The notes beneath the pieces were generated by a model. That model saw nothing but the letters and a program-made list of their open reading frames with translations. It did no database searches and was not told where the DNA came from. A stretch of DNA of 48,438 nucleotides, counting the filler, from Sphacelaria rigidula (lineage: Eukaryota): the NCBI GenBank assembly GCA_964200075.2. It is 3 parts of 3 records of this genome, joined end to end, with 100 filler letters (N's around TTAATTAATTAA, not from the genome) between each part and the next. Parts side by side here need not be neighbours in the genome. Positions count along the whole stretch, not along the records: positions 32,363 to 48,438 come from CAXNAA020001494.1; 2 more parts are not named here. The stretch is one strand, 5' to 3'. Position numbers and translations under genes: made by a program. Positions 47,195-48,438 of this stretch are shown piece after piece; the first letter of the stretch is position 1, and every line of letters starts with the position of its first letter.

Positions 47195-47592
47195 ATGTTG
47201 TTACTGCACCAACTGCGTTTTACTGTGTACATAATCATATTTACTCTCGTTTTTTTTCGAGAATCCTCCACGTCGGAGGCCTTCATTGTCTGTTCACGAG
47301 CTATCCATCACGGTGCACCAATATCAGTTGCGACTACCTCGAACATCGTCATGAGCGACATGACCCGTGGCCGTGAAGTACCAGCTCGTGCAGGGAGTGC
47401 GAGTGACGCCGTCGTTGGAAAATCGAACATCAGCATTACCAACACTAAAGAAGGGTATCACCTCAACGGGTTGCTGACTGTGAAGAATGCAGAGTCGAGG
47501 TCGCTTTGGGTGCTGTGCCATGGGCTTTGCTCTTCGCTGGAGGGAACGGTCCCGCGGTTTGTGAGCGAGAAGCTTGATGCAAACACGCTTAG
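47195..47592 (+). CDS. First exon of an alpha/beta-hydrolase with probable bipartite plastid-targeting presequence
   Basis: MLLLHQLRFTVYIIIFTLVFFRESSTSEA|FIV (signal peptide + ASAFAP-like F), then GYHLNGLL...LWVLCHGLCSS...NTLR. AG|gtcaga donor falls just before the expected FDFxG motif. Confidence 0.78.
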
Positions 47593-48438
47593 GTCAGACC
47601 CTAACACGCTACAAGTACTAGAACAGTGTCTGAATATTAATATGCACTTTGCTCAAGTTTCAATATGGTGTTCACGCACTCGGGATTTGCTGGCAGATAA
47701 TTCGTCACCTTCAATGGAAAGTTTGAGAGTCGGCGGCAGGCATTGGAACAAGAAGCAGGTCCTATTAATAGTCAATAGGGATGCAACACACAATTTTGTT
47801 TCATCAGAACATTACAAAGTGAAATCCCGTTTATGTGGAGGGTGTTGTTGACCGTATGTGATCTGAAAACGTGGTTCTTCGACTGAAGCATGATGAGGAC
47901 CGGGGAAGAAAAAAACACAACCATCTTCTTACAAGTATAATGGTCCGAATCGGTTCGGTCGAGCGAAAATATCGAAGAGCGAGAACCGGGAGCTCTACAC
48001 TCGTAGGGCCCCCAACGACCGGTGAGCCATAACTTATCCAAAATTGGTCGTAAAGTTTTTTTTTTCTCGAACTTGTGTCGTGTACTCATGTGTCTCGATT
48101 CCCCAAGGTTGTGGATCAAACAGGAAACAGCAATATGTCCTGATAACCTGAAACTCCCCAAATCATGGCGCTAGTACCAAGTAAACTGGCTGCGGAGAGC
48201 AGCCAGTTTACTGGGTCCTATCGGTACATTGGTGTCGCGGCTGCGCCGCGACCACCAACCCCCCCCGGCTGGCGAGGGGGCCCCGCCGGAGGCGTATTTT
48301 TACGCGATTTGGCTTCACTACTCGTGAAAGATATTTTTCGGGTGATTATGGGCCGTTTCGATGACGCCTGCCCGGGTGTGAAAACGTTTCTTCTTCAAAT
48401 AGTTGTTAGTATACCCAGAGAAAAACTTCAACAATCAT

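Noticed and set aside
244..47592. Functional cluster of ubiquitin-like/trafficking genes (DCN1, PEX22, VPS9)
   Set aside because: The genes lie on three separate contigs joined artificially
46916..47851. 311-aa ORF as a single-exon protein
   Set aside because: Likely start is ATG 47195 (signal peptide), and hydrolase similarity stops at the donor at 47593; the flanks are UTR and intron read-through

Overview
Eukaryotic, intron-rich, repeat-rich genomic DNA, most likely a brown alga (Phaeophyceae, Ectocarpus-like). This is inferred from the gene content, splice style, an ASAFAP-type plastid signal and the LINE tails. The window is not one locus: it is three similarly sized contigs (1-16082, 16183-32262, 32363-48438) joined by artificial 100-nt N44-TTAATTAATTAA-N44 linkers. 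Contig 1 holds the 3' three exons of a DCN1-like gene (7.4-kb TE-filled last intron with a deleted pogo-like element), a tentative unknown gene, and the last two exons of an IGPS-like TIM-barrel gene. Contig 2 holds a minus-strand PEX22-like gene with a clear core. Its phase-consistent outer exons contain two in-frame TAA codons, so it may be a pseudogene. Contig 2 also has LINE remnants, a GC-rich multi-hairpin island and a degenerate tRNA-like tandem array. Contig 3 holds the 3' end of a VPS9-domain gene, a complete 6-exon tandem-CH calponin/transgelin-like gene (525 aa), and the first exon of a divergent, probably plastid-targeted alpha/beta hydrolase. I found no prokaryote-style system (CRISPR, defence island). 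Gene models were built by eye from GT-AG sites and reading phase, and family calls come from remembered motifs, not database searches.
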